From an uncultured Candidatus Sumerlaeota bacterium (GTDB lineage: Bacteria > Sumerlaeota > Sumerlaeia > MVZB01 > JAJFLK01): a stretch of DNA of 64,000 nt. The notes under the pieces are model-generated. The model was not told the origin of the DNA, did not search any database, and saw only the letters and a program-made list of their open reading frames with translations. Of this stretch, positions 21,237-29,645 are shown piece by piece (position 1 is the first letter of the stretch; each line of letters starts with the position of its first letter). The DNA lies in contig CAYXAU010000011.1 of NCBI GenBank assembly GCA_964463045.1, positions 11,631 to 75,630 on the forward strand, written 5' to 3'. The position numbers and the translations under genes were made by a program.

Positions 21237-21428
21237 ATGTTATATCGATGTATTGTCAAGAATGGCCACCAGGGATCAGGGCGTCACGTCGAAAAGTCGA
21301 TCCTGGTCCGTGCCGAAACGGCCCTTGAGGCCATGGCCAAAGTCAAGCGCTTCTCGGGCGTCAAGAAAGGAAGGCTCCTCCGCAGCGGGGCCAGCGTCCT
21401 GAGCATCGAGCGCGCCGAGGAAGGATGA
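21237..21428 (+). CDS. Small hypothetical protein (~63 aa; alternative start 21186)
   Basis: It is a normal-GC ORF immediately downstream of the AT-rich island, with a helical, charged, protein-like sequence (CIVKNGHQGSGRHVEKSILVRAETALEAMAKVKRF...). A strong terminator lies ~140 nt downstream. No family is recognised. Confidence 0.3.
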   Translation: MLYRCIVKNGHQGSGRHVEKSILVRAETALEAMAKVKRFSGVKKGRLLRSGASVLSIERAEEG

Positions 21429-21570
21429 TTTCACTGGCGGGGAGGCCAACCGAATCATAATCGGATCGGCCCTCCGGTTCCGCCCGGGCCAGCAGGTCCG
21501 GTCGCCCGGGGCGGCGCTCCGATCTCAAGCGGTGAACTTCTTTTCCCGCTAAACCCACCACTTACACCTT

Positions 21571-21612
21571 GCCGCCGGCTCTTCTGACCCAAAAGACCGG
21601 CGGCTTTTTTTT
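21571..21612 (+). terminator. Rho-independent terminator
   Basis: The perfect 8-bp GC stem GCCGCCGG/CCGGCGGC has an 18-nt loop and is followed by T8 (21605-21612). Confidence 0.7.
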
Positions 21613-21672
21613 GCCCCCGCCTCGAATCCAGTTGGCTTGGAGGGGGCGACCCCTCGGAACCAGGGGCTCCGT

Positions 21673-23220
21673 TCAGCTCCCGGGGCGAGCCAATCGCTCG
21701 TAAAAGTCGGCCCGCCGCGTCGTCTCCTGCCGACTCAGCAGCGAGATCAGCGGCACCAGCAGGAGCGGCAGCAACGTCGTTGGATACGAGGGGTCGATCC
21801 CGCGACCTTGAAAAGTGAACAGATAAGCGAAGACGCGGGCCGGCCAGGCGGCGTCCTCGCCGGCCTCGAACTCGATCCGGAGCGCCTGCTTGATCAGGAC
21901 GAACCAGACCAGGCCCACGACGTAGCCCAACAGCATGCCCCAGAAGGCCCCGGCCTCCGTCGTCCGTTTCCAGTAAAAGACGAACCCGACGGCGATGGCC
22001 GGCGGGCAGACCATGGCGAACCCGAACAAAAGAAGGTCCAGGACGGAGATGCGGAAGTCCCGGATCAAGAGGGCGATGACGGCGGCGACGAGCCCATAGA
22101 CGACGGTGGCGATCCGGAAGGCCCGGAGCTTTCGGATGGGATCATAGTCGCGCGTGAATCGGAGCCAGTCCTGAACGAACAACGTGGCACTGGCCAGGAG
22201 AATCGGCCCCCCCGAGGAGATGATCGCCGCCAGCACGGCGGCCAGGGCCACCCCGCCGATCCAGGGATTGATGTCGGCGGCCAATTGCGTGATGTAGCGG
22301 TAGGAACTCAGGCCGGCGTGAGCCCCATAGCGGGCCAGCGTTTGAACGCCGATCCAACCGGCCAGCACCGGCATCAACGCCCCGATGGCCCCCCCGACGA
22401 AAAAGGCCGGAATGATGGCCCGTTCGCTGCGGGCCGCTCCGGCGAAGTTGACGTAGATCGAAGCCGCCGGCGTGTGGATCGTCGCCGAAAAGAACATCCC
22501 GATCACGCCTCCCCAGCCGGCCCCGATGAAACTCCACCAGGCCGCCGCCTCCTTGCCGTCCTCGGCCAGGCGACCGTTGACCCCCTCGACCACCTTCTCC
22601 CAGCCGCCCAGCTCGCGGACGCCCAACCAGCCGACGGCCAATAAACCCGACAAAATGACGGCACAGTGGATGAGGTTGGTCACGGCCGATCCCCAGAGGC
22701 CGCCGAGCGCCGTGTAGGTGATCAGGATGGCGGCGGCGATGAAAACCGTCACGGTGAACGGCAGCGGGGTCAGGGCGTCGAGGATCGCGCCGATCAGAAA
22801 GGCTTCGATGACGTCAACGATGAGATATTCCGTCTGAACGCAGAGACTCGTCAGCGCGACGCACCGTTCCGAGCCGAAGCGCTGGCGGAACACTTCCGAA
22901 ACCGTATGAAGCTGCAGGCGCCGGAAGGGAACGGCGTAGAACAGAGCCACGAGCGCCATGGCCAGAAAGGTGTTGATGCCGTACCACCAGAGGTTCCAGA
23001 CGCCGCCGTTGATGACGTCGCCGGCCACGCCATAGGTCCCCGCTCCGCCGATCCGCGTCCCGGCGATGCCGAAGGCGAGCATGATCGTCCCCATCCCGCC
23101 GCCGGCCAGCGCCCATTCGCGGGCGCTGCGGCTGCGCGTGGCCAGCAGGCTCCCGACGATCGTCACGATCACCATGTAGACAACGATCATCGTGACGGGT
23201 ATGGCGCCCATTGGAAGCAA
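21673..23220 (-). CDS. Sodium:solute symporter (SSS) family transporter
   Basis: ~13 predicted TM helices. The composition is typical of SSS/SLC5 transporters (GGMGTIMLAFGIAGT, SGGPILLASATL). Confidence 0.8.
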   Translation of the reverse strand: MLPMGAIPVTMIVVYMVIVTIVGSLLATRSRSAREWALAGGGMGTIMLAFGIAGTRIGGAGTYGVAGDVINGGVWNLWWYGINTFLAMALVALFYAVPFRRLQLHTVSEVFRQRFGSERCVALTSLCVQTEYLIVDVIEAFLIGAILDALTPLPFTVTVFIAAAILITYTALGGLWGSAVTNLIHCAVILSGLLAVGWLGVRELGGWEKVVEGVNGRLAEDGKEAAAWWSFIGAGWGGVIGMFFSATIHTPAASIYVNFAGAARSERAIIPAFFVGGAIGALMPVLAGWIGVQTLARYGAHAGLSSYRYITQLAADINPWIGGVALAAVLAAIISSGGPILLASATLFVQDWLRFTRDYDPIRKLRAFRIATVVYGLVAAVIALLIRDFRISVLDLLLFGFAMVCPPAIAVGFVFYWKRTTEAGAFWGMLLGYVVGLVWFVLIKQALRIEFEAGEDAAWPARVFAYLFTFQGRGIDPSYPTTLLPLLLVPLISLLSRQETTRRADFYERLARPGS

Positions 23221-23345
23221 TGCGACGGGGAATGAAGCGCGCAGAAAGCCCCCCCAGGCGCGGAGACCGGCTAATAAGGCACGTTCAACGGTCGAGGGTC
23301 AATGCCAATCGGGCCAAGGGCGGGGCCGGCGCGCCCGTGGCGGCT

Positions 23346-24953
23346 TCACTTCCAACGCAGCCGCCGCACGTCGATCGTCCCCATCGGGCTGAGGTCGTAG
23401 CCTTCCAGGTCAGGGGCGGAGAGATAGGGGTGGGTATAATGAAAAATCGGGATGATGACGAGCTGATCCATGAAGTAAGCCTCGGCACGGCGCAGGATCT
23501 CCAACCGGCGGGCCGGGTCGGCCTCGCGGCGAGAGGCCTCGACCAGCCGGTCGAACTCCGGATCGCTCCATTGGGTGTTGTTGTTGCCTGAGGTCGAAAG
23601 GAAAAGGTCCAGGAAATTGATCGGGTCGGCGAAGTCGGCGACCCAACCATTGCGGGCCAGATCGAAACGGCCCTGATTGCGGTTCTCGATCACGACGCGG
23701 AACTCCTGATTCTCCGGCGTGATCTCGATCCCCAGTTCCCGCTTCCAACTTTCCTGCAGGACCTGAGCGATCGCGCGATGCATCTCGAGGGTGTTGTACA
23801 GATACCGCAGCCGGGGAAAGCCTCGGCCGCCGGGGTAGCCGGCCTCGGCCATCAGCCGGCGCGCTTCTTCAAAGCGCCCGTCCTCGACGAAGCGGCGGGG
23901 GGGCAGCTCGCCGTAAAGCAACGGCGGGACGATGCCGTAGGCGGGTCGTTCGTCGGCTCGCGTCACGTTGGCGACGATCGCCTGGCGGTCGATCGCCAGA
24001 TTCAGCGCCTGACGCACGCGCCGATCGGCGAAGACGGGCAGCTTCATGTTGATATTGATGTAATAGGTTCCGATCTGTTCGGCGATCCGGAGGGCCGGGC
24101 TGCCGCGGAGTTGCGGAATGTCGGCCCGGGGTGCCAGGTAAGTCCCGTCGATTTCGCCGTTGTCAAAGGCGATGCGCTCGGTCGTCTCTTCCTCGATGAA
24201 TAGAAATCGGAGCCGCCGCATCGCGACGTTGGCCGAATCCCAGTAATCTTCCCGGCGGACGCCTTCGAGGAAATCGTTCGGATGATAGGCCGTCAAACGG
24301 AACGGCCCGTTGCCCACATACGTCTCCGGACGGAGGGCCCATCCCGGATGGGCCCGGTCCGCCGCGCTTGAGACCGGAAAGTACGTATGATGGGCGGTCA
24401 ATTGAGGAAAAAACGGGGCCGGGGCGACAAGCCGCACGCGCAAATGGAGGGGATGAACGGCCTCGACGCCCACCGCCTCGCGCGGCCCCCGCCGCTCGTA
24501 ATAGGCCTGCGCCCCCTCGATGTAGAAAAGCATGTAGCTGTATTCGGAACCGAAATCCGGGTTGAGCTGGCGATCCAGCCAGGCGTGGACGAAATCCTCA
24601 GCAGTGACCGGTTCCCCGTTGCTCCAGGAAGTCACCCGCAGTCGGAAGTCATAGAGGCGCCCATCGGGCGAGACGCTCCAGCTCTCGGCGATGTCCGGCT
24701 GGGGAAAGCCCCGGGCGTCGAGCACCGTAAGCCCACGGATGAAGTTCATGATGGCGCGCGTGGAGTTGATGTCCTGGCTCAGCCCCGGGTCCAATGTCTT
24801 CGGCGCGGCTCCGATGCTGATGATCACCTCCCCGGCTTTGCGCCGTTGCGCTCGCGTGTCGGCCCGGCAGGCTCCCAACGCTCCGCCGATCAAGCCGGCG
24901 GCGAGGGCAAAAGCCCAACCGGCGGCCCGGAGGAGACGGGCTGGCTTTTCCAT
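23346..24953 (-). CDS. ABC transporter substrate-binding protein, family 5 (peptide/nickel/oligosaccharide-type)
   Basis: A signal peptide precedes an SBP_bac_5 pattern (IISIGAAPKTLDPGLSQDINS..., ...GTYYININM). Start is chosen at the ATG before the signal peptide. It is divergent from trpD. Confidence 0.85.
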   Translation of the reverse strand: MEKPARLLRAAGWAFALAAGLIGGALGACRADTRAQRRKAGEVIISIGAAPKTLDPGLSQDINSTRAIMNFIRGLTVLDARGFPQPDIAESWSVSPDGRLYDFRLRVTSWSNGEPVTAEDFVHAWLDRQLNPDFGSEYSYMLFYIEGAQAYYERRGPREAVGVEAVHPLHLRVRLVAPAPFFPQLTAHHTYFPVSSAADRAHPGWALRPETYVGNGPFRLTAYHPNDFLEGVRREDYWDSANVAMRRLRFLFIEEETTERIAFDNGEIDGTYLAPRADIPQLRGSPALRIAEQIGTYYININMKLPVFADRRVRQALNLAIDRQAIVANVTRADERPAYGIVPPLLYGELPPRRFVEDGRFEEARRLMAEAGYPGGRGFPRLRYLYNTLEMHRAIAQVLQESWKRELGIEITPENQEFRVVIENRNQGRFDLARNGWVADFADPINFLDLFLSTSGNNNTQWSDPEFDRLVEASRREADPARRLEILRRAEAYFMDQLVIIPIFHYTHPYLSAPDLEGYDLSPMGTIDVRRLRWK

Positions 24954-25000
24954 GGCGGCGCAACTTACCATGGACCGAGGGGGGAGGGAAAGCCGTCTCG

Positions 25001-26032
25001 ATGAAGGCCATTCAGGAAGCGATCGCCCGCCTGGGCGAGGGCGATCCCGTCGGCGAGGAACTCGCCGGACGGGTAGCCGGGGAAATCCTCGCCGGAGAGG
25101 CCACGCCGGCCCAGATCGGAGCTTTCTTGACGGCTCTGCGCATCCGAGGGGAAAGGGCCGAGCACCTGCTGGGCTTCGCACGGCGCATGCGCGCCGCGGC
25201 CCGGCCGGTCCGTGTCGCCGACCCCCTCGACCTCGTTGATACCTGCGGGACGGGGGGGGACGCCGCCGGAACCTTCAACGTCTCGACCGCCGCCGCCCTC
25301 ATCGCCGCCGGGGCGGGCGTCCGCGTCGCCAAGCACGGCAATCGCGCCGTCACCGGCCGCTGCGGCAGCGCTGACGTCTTACAGGCCCTTGGGGTCGATA
25401 TCGAATGCCCCCCGGAGGCGGCCGAGCGATGCCTGCGTGAGGCGGGGCTCGCCTTCTTCTTCGCCCCGACGTTTCACGCGGCCATGCGCCACGCGGCCGC
25501 CCCGCGGCGGGAGATCGGGGTCCGGACGATCTTTAACATGCTCGGGCCGCTGGCCAACCCCGCGGGGGCGCGCCGCCAGCTTATCGGCGTTTACGACCAG
25601 CGGCTCGTCCCGCTCCTGGCCGAAACGCTCCTTGAGCTGGGCTCCATCCATGCTCTGGTCGTTCATGGGGAAGATGGATTGGACGAGATTACGGTTACCG
25701 GGCCGACCCACGTCGCCGAGCTCCGCGACGGAACGCTCCGATCCTACACGATCGAACCCGAGGCCTTCGGCCTCCGCCGGGCCTCGCCGGAAGCCCTGCG
25801 TGGGGGAGACGCCGCCTTAAACGCGGCGATCCTCCGGAGCATCCTCACGGGAGAAGCCGGTCCCCCGCGCGACGCGGCCGCGCTGAACGCCGCCGCCGCG
25901 CTCGTCGTCGGCGGGCGCGCCGCCGATCTCGCCGAAGGCCTCGCGCGCGCCGGCGCGGCCATTGAGAGCGGGGCGGCCGCGCGCGCGCTGGAGCGGCTCG
26001 TCGAAGCCTCGCGCGCCGCCCGTGTCGGATGA
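25001..26032 (+). CDS. trpD: Anthranilate phosphoribosyltransferase TrpD
   Basis: DTCGTGGD, the KHGNRAVTGRCGSADVL block and the overall glycosyltransferase-3 fold pattern are present, at 343 aa. Confidence 0.9.
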   Translation: MKAIQEAIARLGEGDPVGEELAGRVAGEILAGEATPAQIGAFLTALRIRGERAEHLLGFARRMRAAARPVRVADPLDLVDTCGTGGDAAGTFNVSTAAALIAAGAGVRVAKHGNRAVTGRCGSADVLQALGVDIECPPEAAERCLREAGLAFFFAPTFHAAMRHAAAPRREIGVRTIFNMLGPLANPAGARRQLIGVYDQRLVPLLAETLLELGSIHALVVHGEDGLDEITVTGPTHVAELRDGTLRSYTIEPEAFGLRRASPEALRGGDAALNAAILRSILTGEAGPPRDAAALNAAAALVVGGRAADLAEGLARAGAAIESGAAARALERLVEASRAARVG

Positions 26033-26850
26033 ACATCCTCGACCGCATCACGGCATACAAGATCGGGTTTGTCGAGCGCCGCCGGGCTGAGCGACCGGTC
26101 GAGGCCATCAAAGCTCAGGCTGAGGCCGCCGGGCCCGGCCGGGGCTTTGCGCGGCCTCTTCGGGGACCCAGAGACGCCGGCGGCCATCGTATCCCGGGCA
26201 CCGCGCCCCGCGTCGTGGCCGAGATCAAGCGGGCCTCCCCCAGCAAGGGACTCATCCGGGCAGAGTTCGACCCGGCCGCGCTGGCGCAGTCTTATGAGGC
26301 CGGCGGGGCGACGGCGCTCTCGGTCCTCACTGACGAAGCCTTCTTTGGCGGCTCGATCGACGACCTCGCGCGGGCGCGCGCGGCAAGCGCCCTGCCCATC
26401 CTCCGCAAGGAGTTTATGATCGACGCCTACCAGGTTTATGAGGCCCGCGCCGCCGGGGCCGACGCGATCCTGCTCATCGCCGGGCTGATCGACTGGCCCG
26501 CCCAGCGGGAACTGCGCCGGCTGGCGGCCGCCCTGGGCCTGGACGTCCTGATCGAGATTCACGCCAGGGAGGAGCTCGAACCGGCCCTTGAACTTGAGCC
26601 CGACGCCCTCGGCATCAACAACCGCGATCTGCGCAGCGATGATTTTCGCACTGATCTCTCGCGCACGGCGACCCTCGTGCCCGACGTCCCCGAGGCCATG
26701 ACGCTCATCAGCGAAAGCGGCGTCCACGCCCCGGAGGACGTGGCCCGCCTGGCCACGCTCGGCGTGGACGCCCTCCTGATCGGCGAACGCCTCATGCGCG
26801 AGCCGGACCCCGGCGCGGCGATCGCCGCGCTTCTGGCTCACGTCGGCTGA
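26029..26850 (+). CDS. trpC: Indole-3-glycerol phosphate synthase TrpC
   Basis: IAEIKRASPSKG, LSVLTDEAFFGGS and LRKEFMIDAYQ motifs are present. It overlaps the trpD stop by 4 nt. Confidence 0.9.
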   Translation: MNILDRITAYKIGFVERRRAERPVEAIKAQAEAAGPGRGFARPLRGPRDAGGHRIPGTAPRVVAEIKRASPSKGLIRAEFDPAALAQSYEAGGATALSVLTDEAFFGGSIDDLARARAASALPILRKEFMIDAYQVYEARAAGADAILLIAGLIDWPAQRELRRLAAALGLDVLIEIHAREELEPALELEPDALGINNRDLRSDDFRTDLSRTATLVPDVPEAMTLISESGVHAPEDVARLATLGVDALLIGERLMREPDPGAAIAALLAHVG

Positions 26851-26877
26851 CCGCCTGCCGCCCCCCGTCTCGGACGC

Positions 26878-27657
26878 CTACCAGAGAAAATCCTTCTCGT
26901 AACCGCAGTCGATCAGGAGATCGCCGAACATGAGCTTGAAGCCGAGGGCGTTTTCGGCGCTGAAGTGGTTCTTCCAATCGCCGACGACACCCTTGCGTTG
27001 GGGGGAGCGCGGATCCTCCTGCCCGACTTCGCGTCCGGACATCTTCTCAAAGCTCGTCTCCTCGACGATGTGACGGACCAGCGCCGCCTCGGCCTTGAAG
27101 CCCAAAGCGGCCAAGAGACGATGAAGTTCACCGACCGCGTCCGCCTTGAGCGCCTCGTAAGAAACCACCGGCACGCCCGGGACCGTCTTCCATACCTGGA
27201 CGTCGACGTAGCGCTTGCAGGAGGCGCACCAGCGCAGGAGATTCTCGGCCTTGAACAGCTCCTCCTTGCTCATCGTGCGAAAAAAAACCGGGGCGCGCTT
27301 GGGATTGAGCGACGAAAGGTGAAAATAATTGGAGACGACCACGTCTCGAAGGTCCCGGTAAACGTAAACGGCCCGGATTTCGCGCTCGGCGAGAATCTCA
27401 AATAGACCCGGCGAGGACATGATGTGCCCATGGAACACCTGGCCCGGCTGCAGATTCAGCAGCTCCTCCGGACGGGTCCCCTCCAGACGCTCCATCGGAA
27501 ACCGCTCGTAGCCCGGCAGCATCGAGAGCATGGCCACCGTCCAGGTGGTTCCCGATTTGGGAACGCTGTTAACGAGCAGCCGCCGCGGGGGGTTATCCCG
27601 CAGAAACGCCTGCCGGGCCCGCTCCAGTTCGGCCGTCGGGGCCGGCGTCGAATTCAT
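26878..27657 (-). CDS. PAPS-dependent sulfotransferase (eukaryotic-type Sulfotransfer_1 fold)
   Basis: The 5'-PSB loop PKSGTTW and the 3'-PB-like RDLRDVVVSNYFH are present. It is the last gene of the minus-strand glycan operon. ATG 27738 is an alternative start overlapping the upstream GT. Confidence 0.75.
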   Translation of the reverse strand: MNSTPAPTAELERARQAFLRDNPPRRLLVNSVPKSGTTWTVAMLSMLPGYERFPMERLEGTRPEELLNLQPGQVFHGHIMSSPGLFEILAEREIRAVYVYRDLRDVVVSNYFHLSSLNPKRAPVFFRTMSKEELFKAENLLRWCASCKRYVDVQVWKTVPGVPVVSYEALKADAVGELHRLLAALGFKAEAALVRHIVEETSFEKMSGREVGQEDPRSPQRKGVVGDWKNHFSAENALGFKLMFGDLLIDCGYEKDFLW

Positions 27658-27718
27658 CTCCCCCACTGCTCTCGCGGTCGATGACGGCCGCTCGCGGCCG
27701 TCGCCGGGGCCGGAACCT

Positions 27719-29644
27719 TCATCGCTGGGCGAGGGCATCGGTCACCTCCGTGGACGCCAGGGCCGGATGCGTCCGGCGCACCAGGTCCAGAAAGTCGCCG
27801 GCGGCCTCGGCGTCGGAAAGCGGCTCGACCGCCTTGAGGCCGTTCCGGACCAGTCGAGCGCGGAGCCCCGGCTCGCGCAGCAGACGCTCGACGGCCGCCG
27901 CGGCCCGGCCGACGTCCCCCACGGGAACGAGAAGCGCATTGACCCCTTGTTCGGCGTAATCCCGGACACCCCCGCTCTCGGACAGGACGCAGGCGGTCCC
28001 GCAGGCCATCGCCTCGACGCCGGAGCGGCCGAACCCGTGATGCCGCGACATTTCGAGAAACACGTCGGCGCGCCAGTAAAGGGGCGGCAGCTCCTCCGGG
28101 TTTACGCGCCCGGCGTTGACGAACGGAAAGTTCACCGTGAGCCGATCCAGCTCCGGCGAGCCGAACAGCACGATCTCGACAAGCGGGAGCCGCGCCGCGA
28201 CTTCCTCCAGCGTCTTCAGCACCAGATCGAATCCTCGATGCGGGTGGCCGAGACGACACATCGCCAGAACGGTCGGCGGGCGCCCCGGCTCCTTCGGCCG
28301 GGGATAAAAAAGGTCCAGGTTCATGCCAGGCCGGATCAGATGACAATGATTACCCTGGGAGGCCATGGCCTCGCACAGAAAGCGCGTCTTGGCGAATTTG
28401 ACCTCGATGCGGGCGTAGGATTCCTGGACGCCCTGACGCCGGACGGCATCGCCTTCGTCGTAAAAATTGGCCTCAAGGTCCTGGATAAAATAGTAAGCGC
28501 GCCCGCCGGCCGTCCGCGCGGCCAGCCGGGCCACCGGCTCGACCGTCTCCCACGAGGTGGCCAGTAAGACGTCGAATGGGCCGGGGAAGCGGTCCGGAAT
28601 CTCATCCCACGCCGGGACGTGCGCCGGCTCGGCGTAAAGCACGTGGGGATGGCGGTCGCACCGACTGAGCGAAACGATCGTCGCGTGATGCCCCCGCTCG
28701 ATCAACTGGTTCAGCAAATTGACGACGGAGATGACCCCGCCATAGGGATTCAGCGTCGGCAGCACACAAAAGATCTCCAGCGGACGGCCGGCTGCGGGTG
28801 AACCCCTGGCATTCGATGACAATTGCGGGGCCGCCGAGCCGCCGAGCCATCGCTCTTCCAGCCGAGCGATCGAGGCCGGTCGCTCAGCCGCGGACGGCGA
28901 GTCTCCCCAACGGCGCCGCAGGATCGCCGCCGAACGCTGAAGGGCCGCCTCCGGAGCGGCCTCGTGGGACGCGACGGCCGGACGGTAATAAACGTAAAGG
29001 TCGTCCAGGCAGCCGACGCGGAATCCGCGCCAGCGCATCCTTTCGGAAAGGTCCCGGACGGCCGACGGAAGATCGGCGAAAAGCTCATCGATCGGCCCCA
29101 CCTCCGCCAGAGCCCTCCGGCTCGCCACGAAGGCGAAGGCCTCGCCTTCGGCGAGATCGGGCGTCTGCGCAGGACCGAATGAACGCGCGAGTTCGCTCAT
29201 TCGGAGCAGGTCCGAACCCGGCCGCATCGGCACTCGGGCGCGCACCCCCCAAGGCGACAGGGGAGACGCCAGCCCCAGCCGCCCATCGCGTCCGAACGCC
29301 GCCTGAAGACAATCCAGCCAGCCGGGGGTGACGACGACGCACGGCGAAAGACAGAAAATCAGATCGGCCTCAAGCCCCCGCATCACTTCGGCGAAGGCGT
29401 GGACCGAGCCCAGGGGGCGGCGGCGGCGGATCAGACGCAAGCGGTCGGGGTTCAGGTCGGCGTAGGCCTTGAGGCGCCCGGCGATGACGTCATCATTGGC
29501 GTCGTCGACAACGGTCAGCCGCCACGTCTTCCCGCCGCCCCACTTGAGGAGCGCGTCCAGGCAGGGGCGCGCGCGATGCCAAAGCCCCTGGACGCAAACG
29601 ACAGCCTCGCAGGAGGCCGGCCCTGAATCGCCTGAGACCGCCAT
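27719..29644 (-). CDS. Two-domain glycosyltransferase (N-terminal GT2-like, C-terminal WsaF/GT4-like retaining GT)
   Basis: The N-terminal LTVVDDANDD... is GT2-like. The C-terminal half has FCVLPTLNPYGGVISVVN (WsaF-type N-subdomain) and the GT4 motif HGFGRSGVEAMACGTACV. Its start is 1 nt after the stop of the upstream 2117-aa gene. Confidence 0.75.
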   Translation of the reverse strand: MAVSGDSGPASCEAVVCVQGLWHRARPCLDALLKWGGGKTWRLTVVDDANDDVIAGRLKAYADLNPDRLRLIRRRRPLGSVHAFAEVMRGLEADLIFCLSPCVVVTPGWLDCLQAAFGRDGRLGLASPLSPWGVRARVPMRPGSDLLRMSELARSFGPAQTPDLAEGEAFAFVASRRALAEVGPIDELFADLPSAVRDLSERMRWRGFRVGCLDDLYVYYRPAVASHEAAPEAALQRSAAILRRRWGDSPSAAERPASIARLEERWLGGSAAPQLSSNARGSPAAGRPLEIFCVLPTLNPYGGVISVVNLLNQLIERGHHATIVSLSRCDRHPHVLYAEPAHVPAWDEIPDRFPGPFDVLLATSWETVEPVARLAARTAGGRAYYFIQDLEANFYDEGDAVRRQGVQESYARIEVKFAKTRFLCEAMASQGNHCHLIRPGMNLDLFYPRPKEPGRPPTVLAMCRLGHPHRGFDLVLKTLEEVAARLPLVEIVLFGSPELDRLTVNFPFVNAGRVNPEELPPLYWRADVFLEMSRHHGFGRSGVEAMACGTACVLSESGGVRDYAEQGVNALLVPVGDVGRAAAAVERLLREPGLRARLVRNGLKAVEPLSDAEAAGDFLDLVRRTHPALASTEVTDALAQR

Positions 29645-29645
29645 G

